Source: Pelagomonas calceolata (Eukaryota). From it: a stretch of 64,000 nucleotides of DNA. Positions 49,796-59,430 of this stretch are shown here, one piece after another. The translations under genes were made by a program, and so were the position numbers. The stretch is from positions 2,976,001 through 3,040,000 of the forward strand of contig CAKKNE010000001.1 of NCBI GenBank assembly GCA_918797485.1, written 5' to 3'. Each line of letters starts with the position of its first letter. The stretch's first letter is position 1. The notes under the pieces were generated by a model, which saw nothing but the letters and a program-made list of their open reading frames with translations, was not told the origin of the DNA and did no database searches.

Positions 49796-50953
49796 TTAGG
49801 CCACGTCGAACCGCGCCCCGCCCGTCGCCGACCCCTCGATATCTCTCCCTTCCAGCGCCGCCTGGAGCACGTCGCCGATGGGCGTCCCCGCGAGGTGCGT
49901 GTTCGTCAGCTTCGCGAACTTCGGGTTGACCCTTCGTCTTTTTTTTTTGGCCTCTTCCTCCTCCTTGCGTTTCTTGCCGCGCGGGCGCCTTTGGAGAGAG
50001 CCGTGCTGCAGGTCGGCCTCGGCCAACTTGCGTTGCAATAATGATCTATCGGTCGGCGTCTGCTCGGCGGTTTCCAGCCAGAGCGCTCTTACATCATTGG
50101 TACACCCATGCTTCGCGAGGGACACGTGCACGGGGTACTCGTCGTCACTATCATCTTCATCCTCTTCATCGACGCCGAGGGGCACGGTCTGCTCGTTGTA
50201 CTCTGAGACATAAACGTTCGAGGAGTGCATTTCGCGCAAGGACGACGCGGAGAGCGGTCGCTGCGCCCGTTTCGGCTGGGCCCCGCTATGGTGCACCTTG
50301 GAGTCGATGCGGAACCATTTCACGGACGACCGGTCCATGATGAGCTCGTGGGCGCCGCGCGAGACCTTGGCGATCTTGACGGCATCGCCTCGTCTCACAT
50401 CTCCCCTTAGGTCTCTTCTCGTCTGTAGCGTAGCGCGAGAATCTCTAACAGCGTTCGACAACCCGACGACATAGGGCTGGCCCCGCGGGAACAGGCACAC
50501 TTTCCTGATAGATGCATCAAAACAAGCCAACACATCCCCAGCAACAATCGCTTTTTCGACGTCGTCAGCAGCTCCAATGTACGTATCATATAAATCCACG
50601 GCCCTGACACCGTCCTTGGCCTGCTCGACGAACTGCACCAACGACTCAAAGTCGTGCACGTCGTCATGAGCCGCTTTATAGACATAAGTAGCTTCACCTT
50701 CATCATCGAGAGCTACTCGCACTCTCGGATTCCGTCGCAGCATGGCATCCACGCCAGAATCAATTCTCAAATCGACAGCATCGGCGCCCATTTCTTCTAT
50801 CAACTTTTGCGCATTTAGCGGTTTTTGCCCGACGCGTCGCCTCAGGCACGCGACGACGGCGGCCTGCTTCTCTAGGTCCGGCCGCGGGTCATCTTCTCTA
50901 CTATTCGTGTTCCTCGTCAGGGAGGTCTGCCAGGAGTACTGGGGGGCGGCCAT
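49796..50953 (-). CDS. General transcription factor TFIIE beta-like
   Basis: LRRNPRV...YVYK, GVRAVDL.D.Y, DVRALW, basic tail ending KLTNTHL. Confidence 0.65.
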   Translation of the reverse strand: MAAPQYSWQTSLTRNTNSREDDPRPDLEKQAAVVACLRRRVGQKPLNAQKLIEEMGADAVDLRIDSGVDAMLRRNPRVRVALDDEGEATYVYKAAHDDVHDFESLVQFVEQAKDGVRAVDLYDTYIGAADDVEKAIVAGDVLACFDASIRKVCLFPRGQPYVVGLSNAVRDSRATLQTRRDLRGDVRRGDAVKIAKVSRGAHELIMDRSSVKWFRIDSKVHHSGAQPKRAQRPLSASSLREMHSSNVYVSEYNEQTVPLGVDEEDEDDSDDEYPVHVSLAKHGCTNDVRALWLETAEQTPTDRSLLQRKLAEADLQHGSLQRRPRGKKRKEEEEAKKKRRRVNPKFAKLTNTHLAGTPIGDVLQAALEGRDIEGSATGGARFDVA

Positions 50954-51476
50954 CTTGCTTTGTGCGGCTGGCGGAGTGTGGGTTTAGTTGCGCGGCGCGG
51001 CGGCGGCGTTCCGGTCCGGCAGCGACTTGCAGTGGCTTTATATGTTCAAAACGTCTCCCTGCTGGCTCGTGGGTGCGCTCGCGCGGCAAGCAGGGCCGCG
51101 TTTTGCCAGGGAGCTGCGACATGCTAGTGCCCTTGTACGCTAGCTCTGGCCACGCAGGCAGCCTTACCCGTGTTCATTCGAGCCTTCGTACCGCGCGTCC
51201 GTACCCCTCTCTGGCCGGTTCCGAAAGTACTGGGCTGCCTTAGCATCATATCACAGTCCAGGTCACAGCCTCTCGTCTGTGAGATTACAGAGCGGGTCGA
51301 CAGCGATAATTAACGACTGCATTCACGCAGCGTCCGAACCACCCATCCGTGCAACGATTCACGATGCCTTCGACAACGTGCGCGCCGCGTGGGCGAAGGG
51401 TAAGCTCCTCATATCAAAGGGAAACAAAGCGATGAAACGCCGCAACGCCTCTCGACCGGCCCGCGCGAGCGCGCGG

Positions 51477-51630
51477 CACCGCGGCAGCGACCCACGGGCT
51501 GCTGCTGCGGCGCGGCTGCGCCACCAAGGACGCGTCGCTCCAAATATTCCCACCGCGGCAGCGACCCACGTGCTGCTGCGGCAGCGCGGCTGCGCATCTG
51601 ACGACGCGTCGTTCCACATATTTCCCACGC
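51477..51630 (+). repeat. Two-copy ~74-bp tandem duplication ending at a ttcccacgcag acceptor-like site
   Basis: caccgcggcagcgacccacg..gctgctg...gacgcgtcg.tcca.ata at 51477 and 51551. Confidence 0.7.
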
Positions 51631-51645
51631 AGGCACGCCACGAAG

Positions 51646-52776
51646 ATGGGCGAGATGATCTCATCGTTGACGGGCGGCGAGGCGAACTACGCCATCATCG
51701 GCTGCGGCGTCGAGGGCCGCGGCATGGGCTGGTACCACGCCCTGCAGCTGCTGAACGGCGAGATCCCGCGCGCGCGGCTGTCGGACGTCGTCGAGCCCTT
51801 CTTTTTAGGAGCCGGCAAGGACCTGCCGCCCGGGAAGGCCTTCGCCGAGATGGCGGCCAAGTGGAAGGCGAAGGGCGTCCAGTTCCACGCCTCCGTCGAC
51901 AGCGGTTCGCTGTTCTCGGGGGCCACGTCCGGCACGAAGATCGCGTTGATCGCCGGGCGGACCTGCGACAACCCGGGCTTCTTCCGCCAGGCCATTAAAG
52001 CGGGCGCGACGCACATCCTCCTCGAGAAGCCCGGCGCGCCGACCGTCGGCGAGCTCGAGGCCATGGCCCGCGAGGCCAGGGCGGCCAAGGTGCCCGTCTA
52101 CATGGGCTTCATCAAGAACATCTCGGGCTACGTCGAGGGCGCGCTCGCGGCCGCGAACGGCGCCGCCGGCGCCGAGGCCGTCGAAACCAAACTCGTGTCG
52201 CGCAACGACTACACGGAGGCCACTTTAGAAGAGTGCTTCGAGCGCAACGCCGAGGGCATGCTCAAGAACATGGCCATCCACGAGATCGCGCTCGCGTGCC
52301 AGTTCTGGGGCATGCGCGCCGACAACATTACCGACGTCATCTGCAACGCGAAGGGCGGCAAGGATTCCCCGGGCTGCGACATGCGGACGCTGGGCGGCAA
52401 GACGGACTTCGCCTCCGTCGACGTCACGCTCGTCAACAGCTCGGGCACGAAGGTGCGCATCTCGGCCGACCGGTGCTCGGGCGACGGCTGCTGCGCGACG
52501 GTCACGGACACGTCGAACGGCGTCGTGCTCTACTCGCAGGAGATGGTCGGCGGCGAGCGGGCCAAGAAGGTCGCCGCCGAGGCCGCCGCGCACCCCAACT
52601 GGTTCTCCTACTTATATACCCAGGCCGAGGAGTACGCCAAGCTCAAGGGCGTCTGCGCGGCGCACGCGCTCGCGGGCACGACGCCGCCGGGCGTGGCGAC
52701 CATCGAGATCGCCTGCGAGGCGCTCAAGCTCGCCGAGTGGCTGACGCCCGAGCTCCAGAAGAAGCTGAAGAAGTGA
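51646..52776 (+). CDS. Gfo/Idh/MocA-family NAD(P)-dependent oxidoreductase
   Basis: YAIIGCG...GMGWYH, ILLEKP, NMAIHE. Confidence 0.8.
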   Translation: MGEMISSLTGGEANYAIIGCGVEGRGMGWYHALQLLNGEIPRARLSDVVEPFFLGAGKDLPPGKAFAEMAAKWKAKGVQFHASVDSGSLFSGATSGTKIALIAGRTCDNPGFFRQAIKAGATHILLEKPGAPTVGELEAMAREARAAKVPVYMGFIKNISGYVEGALAAANGAAGAEAVETKLVSRNDYTEATLEECFERNAEGMLKNMAIHEIALACQFWGMRADNITDVICNAKGGKDSPGCDMRTLGGKTDFASVDVTLVNSSGTKVRISADRCSGDGCCATVTDTSNGVVLYSQEMVGGERAKKVAAEAAAHPNWFSYLYTQAEEYAKLKGVCAAHALAGTTPPGVATIEIACEALKLAEWLTPELQKKLKK

Positions 52777-52852
52777 GGCGCGTTCCTGCTGTAGTAGTTC
52801 TCCCATGATGATTTAAATCGCTCGTTTCTCTGAACTACAGAACACTTGGGTC

Positions 52853-55366
52853 TTAGTCCGAGTCCCGCATCGCGTCGTCGTCGTCCCCCGAGTCGTCGTC
52901 GAAGCCCCGATCCGAGTTGTCGTCGGCGAGGTCCCCCGCGTCCGCGACGCCCGTACTCGTGATCGCCAGCGGCGCCCGCATCTCCTCGGACGGCGACGAC
53001 CCCATGAGCGCCACGGACCGCCGGCCCTGGACGTGCTGCGCCACGCGGAAGGTCCGCCCGCAGAACGCGTACAATTGTTCCATTGCCGGGCGGTACGCGC
53101 CCTGCCGCGCGCCATCACTAAAGTCGTGGGAAATTTCGTTCACCAGGACCACGGCCACGTTCAGGGCGCGCGCGAGCTCCTTCGCTGCCGCCAGGATGCG
53201 CCGCAGGGCCGCGTTGCGGTCGTGCCGCGGCAAATCCTTGCACACGGCCGCCGCGCTGTCGACGACGACCAGGCTCACGCCCCGCTTCCGCGCGAGCCAC
53301 TGGGCGTCGTTGTCCAATGCCAGGGCCATCTGCTCCGAGTTGAGGAAGCTGGCGACGACAGTTCGTCCCGCGGCGTCGTCCTTGTCGACGCCGAGCGTCA
53401 CGGCGATGTTACAAATATGGGTGGCCGTGTGCCGGGATCGCGCCGCCGTGGCGCAGAGGTAGACCACGGCCTCCCGCTTTCGTCGTAACAAGGCGCGCGC
53501 CGCTAAGGTAGCGCACAACCAAGACTTCCCAGAACCAGCGGGGCCGTAGACGTGCGAGAGGCACGCGGCGCCGAGCGCGGCACCTAAAGCCGCGTCGACG
53601 ACCTTGGCCTCCTCCGACGACCTAAATATACCGAGCGGCGCTTCCTCCGTGGCCGGAGGCGGCGCCTCCTGGCGCCGCCGCTTCGCGTCGCGAATCGCCA
53701 GCGCGGCGGCCCTATTGGCCTCGACGCGCGCCTTCACCTCGTCCTCGGGTTGAACAGTACGTTCCGGCGGCGGCACGGCCACGAACTTGGACGGGTCCTC
53801 GACACTTTGCAACACGTAGTCGAACTGTAAGACAATAATAACTTTTGTGCCATTGATATCATTGACCAACCACTGCACGAGCCGTAATAAAGCATTGGGC
53901 CGGCAGCACCGCAACTTCTCCGTCAAATCGCCCTTGCAGTGCGCGGCCATGGCGTCATTACCACCGTCGCCGAGCTCCAAGCGCACGCGCGGCCCGAGCG
54001 GCGTGCTCCGCACCTCCTTCTTCCTCACTTTAAGCACGGGCGCGACCACGCCGCCGGGGTCCTTGCGGATCCGCGCTATCAACCCCGCCTCGGGCTGGGC
54101 CGAGCAGGGCCGCGTCCACGTCGGGATTTTATGTTGGTCGGGCGCGTCGTCGCGGGCCCACAAGGCGGCGTGCCTCTCCAGTTCGCGGGCCAGTTTGGCC
54201 TCGTCGACGGGCTTGCCCCCGACGCGCTCGCAGATCTTCGCGAGCGCGGGCACGTTTTGGGTGGAGAGGTCGAAGGGGACGGGCGGCGGTTTTGGCTGAG
54301 GTTCGTTGTCCGGCAGGATGGGCCTATGGATAATCTCCGGCGGCTCGTCGTCGTCGTCGTCGTCGTCGCCGATGCCGTCGAAGCGGCTGTAGTCGATGCC
54401 CGTCGACGCCGCGGGCGCTGGCGCGGCAGGCGTCGGAGCGGCGGCGGCCTCGGCCTCCATCGGCGCCGGTGGCGGCCGCGCGGGCGCTTGCGCCGTCGAC
54501 GCCGGCGCGGGCGCGGGCACCGGCGGCGGCGGCCGCGCGGGCGGCGCCGGTGGCGCCGCCGCCGCCGCCGCCTTGAGCCGCGCGTTCTCGGCCTCGAGGC
54601 GGGCGATCTTGGCGGCCGCGGCCGCGGCCGCCGCGTCGGCGGCCGGCGCCGGCGCCGGCGCGCGCGGCGCCGGCGGCCGCGCTGCCGCGGGCGCCGGCGC
54701 CGCCGGCGTCACGCGGCCGGGCCGGGGCCGCGTCGCCGCCTCGATGTCAAAGTCAGCCAGCGCCGCGTCGAGCGAGCTCGGCCGCGGCGCCGGCCGCGGC
54801 GGCCCGCGCGGCGCCGGCCGCGCGGGCGGCGGTGGTCGTGCCGGCTGCGTCGCCGGTGCGTCCTCGAGGAAGACGTGCGGCCGGAGGATCGGCGCGGCGA
54901 CGGCCTTGGGCGTCGTCCGCGGGATCTGGAATTTTTTCTTCGGCTTCTGGATGGTCGTCGGCCGCGGCGCGGCCGGCCGCGCCGTGGCCGTGGCGGGCGG
55001 CCCGTCGTCGCCGGCGAAGGGGTCGAAGGACCGGGGCGTCGGCACGCCGCGCGTCGACGCCGTCGCGGGCGTCCGGTACGCGGGCCGCCGCCCGGGCCTC
55101 GGCGTTTTTGTCGAGGGGGCCGCCGGCGCGTCGTCGTCGGCGAAGGGGTCGAACGCCGCTTTCGGGGCCTTCCGAGCGGTCGCCGCGGGCGCCGCTTTGG
55201 GCCGCACGGGCCGCCGCGCGCCGGCCGTCTGGAACAATGCGCCGCCTGTTGGCTTCGGTGCCGGCGCGGCGTCGTCCGCGAAGGGGTCGAACGGCGCGGC
55301 GGACGGCCTCACGGCCTTCTTGCTGCCGGCTGTAACGAAGCCCGTGAATGCCGCTTCATCGGCCAT
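52853..55366 (-). CDS. Rad51/RecA-family paralog with long modular N-terminus
   Basis: Walker A HVYGPAGSGKS, VVYL, Walker B LVVVDS, LKELARALNVAVVLVNE; ATG at 55366 (MADEAAF). Confidence 0.75.
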   Translation of the reverse strand: MADEAAFTGFVTAGSKKAVRPSAAPFDPFADDAAPAPKPTGGALFQTAGARRPVRPKAAPAATARKAPKAAFDPFADDDAPAAPSTKTPRPGRRPAYRTPATASTRGVPTPRSFDPFAGDDGPPATATARPAAPRPTTIQKPKKKFQIPRTTPKAVAAPILRPHVFLEDAPATQPARPPPPARPAPRGPPRPAPRPSSLDAALADFDIEAATRPRPGRVTPAAPAPAAARPPAPRAPAPAPAADAAAAAAAAKIARLEAENARLKAAAAAAPPAPPARPPPPVPAPAPASTAQAPARPPPAPMEAEAAAAPTPAAPAPAASTGIDYSRFDGIGDDDDDDDEPPEIIHRPILPDNEPQPKPPPVPFDLSTQNVPALAKICERVGGKPVDEAKLARELERHAALWARDDAPDQHKIPTWTRPCSAQPEAGLIARIRKDPGGVVAPVLKVRKKEVRSTPLGPRVRLELGDGGNDAMAAHCKGDLTEKLRCCRPNALLRLVQWLVNDINGTKVIIVLQFDYVLQSVEDPSKFVAVPPPERTVQPEDEVKARVEANRAAALAIRDAKRRRQEAPPPATEEAPLGIFRSSEEAKVVDAALGAALGAACLSHVYGPAGSGKSWLCATLAARALLRRKREAVVYLCATAARSRHTATHICNIAVTLGVDKDDAAGRTVVASFLNSEQMALALDNDAQWLARKRGVSLVVVDSAAAVCKDLPRHDRNAALRRILAAAKELARALNVAVVLVNEISHDFSDGARQGAYRPAMEQLYAFCGRTFRVAQHVQGRRSVALMGSSPSEEMRAPLAITSTGVADAGDLADDNSDRGFDDDSGDDDDAMRDSD

Positions 55367-55550
55367 GGCGCCGCGTCTGACAGCCGCTTGCCGCTGTGGC
55401 CGCTGCGGAGCAACGTCGGGCCTCTGGAAGCGCTGGGCCGGCGCAGATTCAAAAGTGCTGCTGTACGGCGCCTCTTCGTGCCTGCAGCCTGCGTATATGG
55501 CGCGTATTGGCGCAAATGGACCGTGCCCGCGTCGCGGTCTAGCATAAACA

Positions 55551-55574
55551 GCTAGCGGCATGTAAGACACTAGC
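55551..55574. promoter_or_regulatory. CTAG-bounded element copy (reverse orientation)
   Basis: GCTAGCGGCATGTAAGACACTAGC, the exact reverse complement of 34550-34573, between divergent starts 55366 and 55712. Confidence 0.55.
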
Positions 55575-55711
55575 AAGCCAGCCAAGCTGTGCAAGCGCTT
55601 TTGGAGGGGTTACGGCGTGCTACGGTTGGCGCAAAGCTCTGTGGGTACTCCTCCTAGCATATCACGAAGCGTTGCCCATTTTCAGAAGCGTCGCGCGACC
55701 ACGGGACGAGA

Positions 55712-57622
55712 ATGGCTGACCAGCAAGGCAGCACACTGAGCGGCAATGCGGCGGCATTCGTGCCAACCGCAGCCGTCCCGCCCGTGCTGACGCCTCTACC
55801 GCCACCGCCAGCGCCGGCAACAACGAAAGGGCGCGGGCGCGGTCGTGAACGGGGCCGCGGTCGAGGTCGAGGTCGTGGACGAGGCCGCAGCCGGAGCGCT
55901 GGCAAGGGCCGCGGCCACAGGAGCGCAGCCGAAGCGACCCTCGTGGAGATGGGCTACGCGCCGGCCGCCGCGCGGCGCGCGCTGGAGGCCACGGGTTCCG
56001 TGGAGGCGGCCATTTCGGCGCTGGACCCGGGCTACTGCGCCGCCGTGGACACGCAACAAGCTCGCGGCAACGCGAACCACCTGCTGCGCTTCACGACGGA
56101 ACGGCCCCAGCAACAACCACCGCCGCGGCGGCGCGCGCCCGCGAAGCCGCGGAGCGCGCACCGGCCGCGGGGCATCGCCTTCGAGGCGCCCGCGATACGG
56201 TTATTAGTAGCCGCGGGCGTCGCGTCACCGTTCGCCTGCGACGCCGACGAGGCGCCGCCCTGGGAGAGCGTCGTCGCGGCGGATGTTGTTGGAGACGCGA
56301 TCCGCTGCCCCATCTGCCTCGAGGACGAAGCTAGAGCGCCGGTCGTCACGCGCTGCGGCCACGGTTTTTGCGCGGCCTGCGTCGTGCGCCACTGTACGTC
56401 TGATTACGTCCGCAGCCGGAAGTGCCCGTGCTGCGCCGCGCCGCTTTCAGTAAAGGACCTGCGGCCCGCGTTTTTGAGAAAGCCGGCGGCGGACCTCGTT
56501 TTACTAGAACGGCCGAAGAGTGGTAGAAGGGCGTGCCTCGCGGATCGCGTCACGGGCCGCCTGCCGGCGTCGGACGACCGCTGCGACCTCCTCGCAAAAA
56601 TCACGGAGGCGACGCCCGCCGCTGTCCAAGCCGCGCAACAAAGCTTCCGCGCGGCCCTGGCGGACGCATCCCTGAAAGCCGACGACGAGGCCGAGCGCCG
56701 CGCCGTCGCGGCGGCCGCGGCGTACTTAGATGTCGAACCGGTGTCTAGTAACGAGCCATCAATGGAAGAGCCAACGGAGGCCAAGACGTACCGCTTCTAC
56801 GGGCGGAAGGATGGAAGTCTAGTCTTCCTGCACCCGCTCCACCTCAAATTACTAATAGCGGCGGTCGGCGGCATCGAACACTTGCCCGAGGCGCTGCCGG
56901 AATTGCGCGTGGCGCACGCCGAGCGCTTCGAGCAGTCGCCGGCGACGCGCAAGCGCTTCCCCTGGCTCGCGCACGTGCCTATTGGTAGTGACGTGACTTT
57001 GTTAGATGCGCGCGGCGACGGCGGCTTCGGTTCTGAGTTCACGGAGCGGTGCCGCGCAGCGCGAGAACAAGACCCCTCTCTTAGGGACGCCCTCGCCGCG
57101 CGGGCCAAAACTATCAAACGGGACCAGGAGCAATCGAGACGCGCCGAGCGCCGCCACGCCCATAACGTCGAGAAGCGCCTCGCCGAGAAGGCCCCGCCAA
57201 AAGCAGCGCCCTACATCCAGCAAGAGGGCGACTTCGCGCCCGTCGAGCCGGAAATAACCGAGGAACTTCAGGCGCGGGCCGAGGCGGCGCTCGGCGCGGC
57301 GCCGGCGGCCATGTCCTTCGCGAACACCGTGGCGCGGAACTTCGCGGCGCCGGAGGGCGCCTTCCCGGAGCTCTCGGCGAGTCCCCCGGCCGCGCCGGTC
57401 GCGGCAGCCCCGGCGCCGTCGTGGGGCGGTCGCGCCGTGACAAGAGGCGACCAGCTAGATCGCGCGCGCTTCGCGGCGCCACCGCGGGCGCCCGTCGCGC
57501 CGCCGGCGACGACATGGGGCGACCGCAGCGGTGCGGCTGTCGCCGCGGCGCCGCCGCCAAAACCAAAGGGCAAGCCGGTGAAGAAGACGCTCTCGCTGAC
57601 GGGCGGCGGCCGGCGCTACTAG
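55712..57622 (+). CDS. RNF10: RNF10/Mag2-like RING E3 ligase with PAM2-like motif, RG repeats and UBA domain
   Basis: NANHLLRF, C3HC4 RING (CPICL...CGHGFCAAC...CPCC), FYGRKDGSLVFLHPL, RKRFPWLAHVP; UBA LVEMGY...ARRAL. Confidence 0.8.
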   Translation: MADQQGSTLSGNAAAFVPTAAVPPVLTPLPPPPAPATTKGRGRGRERGRGRGRGRGRGRSRSAGKGRGHRSAAEATLVEMGYAPAAARRALEATGSVEAAISALDPGYCAAVDTQQARGNANHLLRFTTERPQQQPPPRRRAPAKPRSAHRPRGIAFEAPAIRLLVAAGVASPFACDADEAPPWESVVAADVVGDAIRCPICLEDEARAPVVTRCGHGFCAACVVRHCTSDYVRSRKCPCCAAPLSVKDLRPAFLRKPAADLVLLERPKSGRRACLADRVTGRLPASDDRCDLLAKITEATPAAVQAAQQSFRAALADASLKADDEAERRAVAAAAAYLDVEPVSSNEPSMEEPTEAKTYRFYGRKDGSLVFLHPLHLKLLIAAVGGIEHLPEALPELRVAHAERFEQSPATRKRFPWLAHVPIGSDVTLLDARGDGGFGSEFTERCRAAREQDPSLRDALAARAKTIKRDQEQSRRAERRHAHNVEKRLAEKAPPKAAPYIQQEGDFAPVEPEITEELQARAEAALGAAPAAMSFANTVARNFAAPEGAFPELSASPPAAPVAAAPAPSWGGRAVTRGDQLDRARFAAPPRAPVAPPATTWGDRSGAAVAAAPPPKPKGKPVKKTLSLTGGGRRY

Positions 57623-57719
57623 TATATGTATATTTTGTGTTACGTACTTGTAAAAAAGACTTCTGGGGTACAGGGATAGCCGCGGCGGACGTATCGTCCC
57701 GGGCACATGTGTTCAAATT

Positions 57720-58733
57720 TCAGACGGTGTCCGTCGACGCCGTCGTCTCGGATGTAGCGGAAGCGCTGTCGTCCGTCGCCGGCGGCGACACGACGGGAAC
57801 CCTTGGACAATCGATCAGCAGCCGGCAGCACTCGCGCGGCGCGCACGGGTAGAGCCGGAGCGCGCCGACCGCTCTAGCTTGCCGCAACCTCTTGAGGAAC
57901 GCGTCGCGCGGCAGCAGTTGCGCCCCGAGCTTCGTCTTGTAGGGCAGCTCCATGCCCAGGTCCCACAAAGCATATCCGCTCCGCGCCAGTAGTTTGGCCG
58001 TGGCAGCGCACTGGACCGCCCCCGCCGACGCCATCCTCGAAAAACCGCTCAACGACGTATACACGTCGCCGCAGGCGTATCCTAATTCGCCCGCCACCAA
58101 CGAGCCGGTCGCCTTGTCCCAAACTTCAAAAGTTCGCATTTTCACGTGTGTGCTCCCTTGTGCATGTAACATGCGAAAGGCCTCGACGAGGGGCGGGTAG
58201 AACCAGCACTCGCCGCCGTGCTGCTGCTGGATGCCCTCGATGACGTCCTCGAAGGCCCTGTCGACAGATAACTCAAATTTTGCCGCCTTCCGCCGAGTCG
58301 AGCGCGCGACGTGCGTGTCGCGAAAATCCAAGGCGCAGCGGTGCCGGTGCATCTTCGGCAGCAAAGCGTACCCGTCTTTCCCGACCTTCTGCGCCATGGT
58401 CAGGAAGCCGTGGGCCATGAGCCGCGCGACGAAGTCGCCGTCGAACGAGGACGACCAGCAAAATTCTCCTCGGTAATGTCTCGAGACGACGTCGGCCACT
58501 CGCTCGAGGTCGCAGGACGGTCCTATATAAGGTACGTTGGCCAGCCAGGGGCACGCCGTGCTCAAATGCCTTGCATCTCTCTCCGGAAGTTTCAGCGGCG
58601 CCCTTACCGACCGCCACCTATCGCCCTTCGTCCTCGAACGTCTAGACGTCCTAAAAGGTCGCGGTTCGAGGCGCCCGGGGCTGTCGGACCGCCTCCGTCC
58701 CACGCGCGGCGTGCATGGTAGAGGGATCATCAT
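57720..58733 (-). CDS. Leucyl/phenylalanyl-tRNA-protein transferase (Aat/ATEL1)-like
   Basis: LMAHGFL, HVARSTRR, VDRAFEDVI, W....L...F..LH, FEVW....LVAGELGY..G.VYTSLSGF, WDLG. Start uncertain. Confidence 0.8.
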   Translation of the reverse strand: MMIPLPCTPRVGRRRSDSPGRLEPRPFRTSRRSRTKGDRWRSVRAPLKLPERDARHLSTACPWLANVPYIGPSCDLERVADVVSRHYRGEFCWSSSFDGDFVARLMAHGFLTMAQKVGKDGYALLPKMHRHRCALDFRDTHVARSTRRKAAKFELSVDRAFEDVIEGIQQQHGGECWFYPPLVEAFRMLHAQGSTHVKMRTFEVWDKATGSLVAGELGYACGDVYTSLSGFSRMASAGAVQCAATAKLLARSGYALWDLGMELPYKTKLGAQLLPRDAFLKRLRQARAVGALRLYPCAPRECCRLLIDCPRVPVVSPPATDDSASATSETTASTDTV

Positions 58734-59430
58734 CTTTGAATTCGGGCGCCGCGGGGCTCCGGGGGGCTCCGGTGCGTCCGGAAACCGCGCCCTCGTGGTT
58801 CCGCGCGCCTTTGAAAGCGCGCTTCGTGGTGGCGGGCGGATGGATTCCTCGGCCGGCGGAGCGTGCGGCGCGCGTCGATCACGGGCGCAAGGGCTCCCAG
58901 CGCCGGATCGGGGCTGGAGGCGAGTCCCTCCAGGCCTAACTTTATAAATTTCGCAGGACAGAAGGCCTCTCCAGGGCGTTCTAAAAGACCGTCTGCTTTT
59001 GGGTCGGGACCGCTGCTTAAACACACTAGCCGCACGCGCCGATCGGTGTTAGGCTGCCCGAACGTGGTCCCGGGCCGCGCGCGACGGCTCGCGGCGCCCG
59101 CGCGGCGTCGTCGGATGCGTTGGGGGTGTTTCTTCGGACTTGTGAAGGAGGCAAAATGATCCATAAAAACGAAGCGCCCGCCCGCCCCGGCGGTGACCGG
59201 CCGTCGTAGGAGACCTGGCCCAGGGCTGCGCGGGAGCGAATACACCGGGGATACTAGCCAATACTAGTGGCGGAGGCAGCCGGCTTAGCGCTTTGGCAAT
59301 AGGGCCAAAAAAAGGCCCGGCGCGCGAAGGGCTGCCCGGTGCCACCCGCAACCGCTGTTAGCGAGCCGTCGCGCAGCACACAGTGACACGGGCTCCTAGC
59401 GCAGGCTAGCGCCAGGAGCCAGGAGCCACC

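Noticed and set aside
11280..55574. CTAG elements or the 52-bp repeats as a CRISPR array
   Set aside because: Dispersed rather than regularly spaced, no cas genes, eukaryotic context
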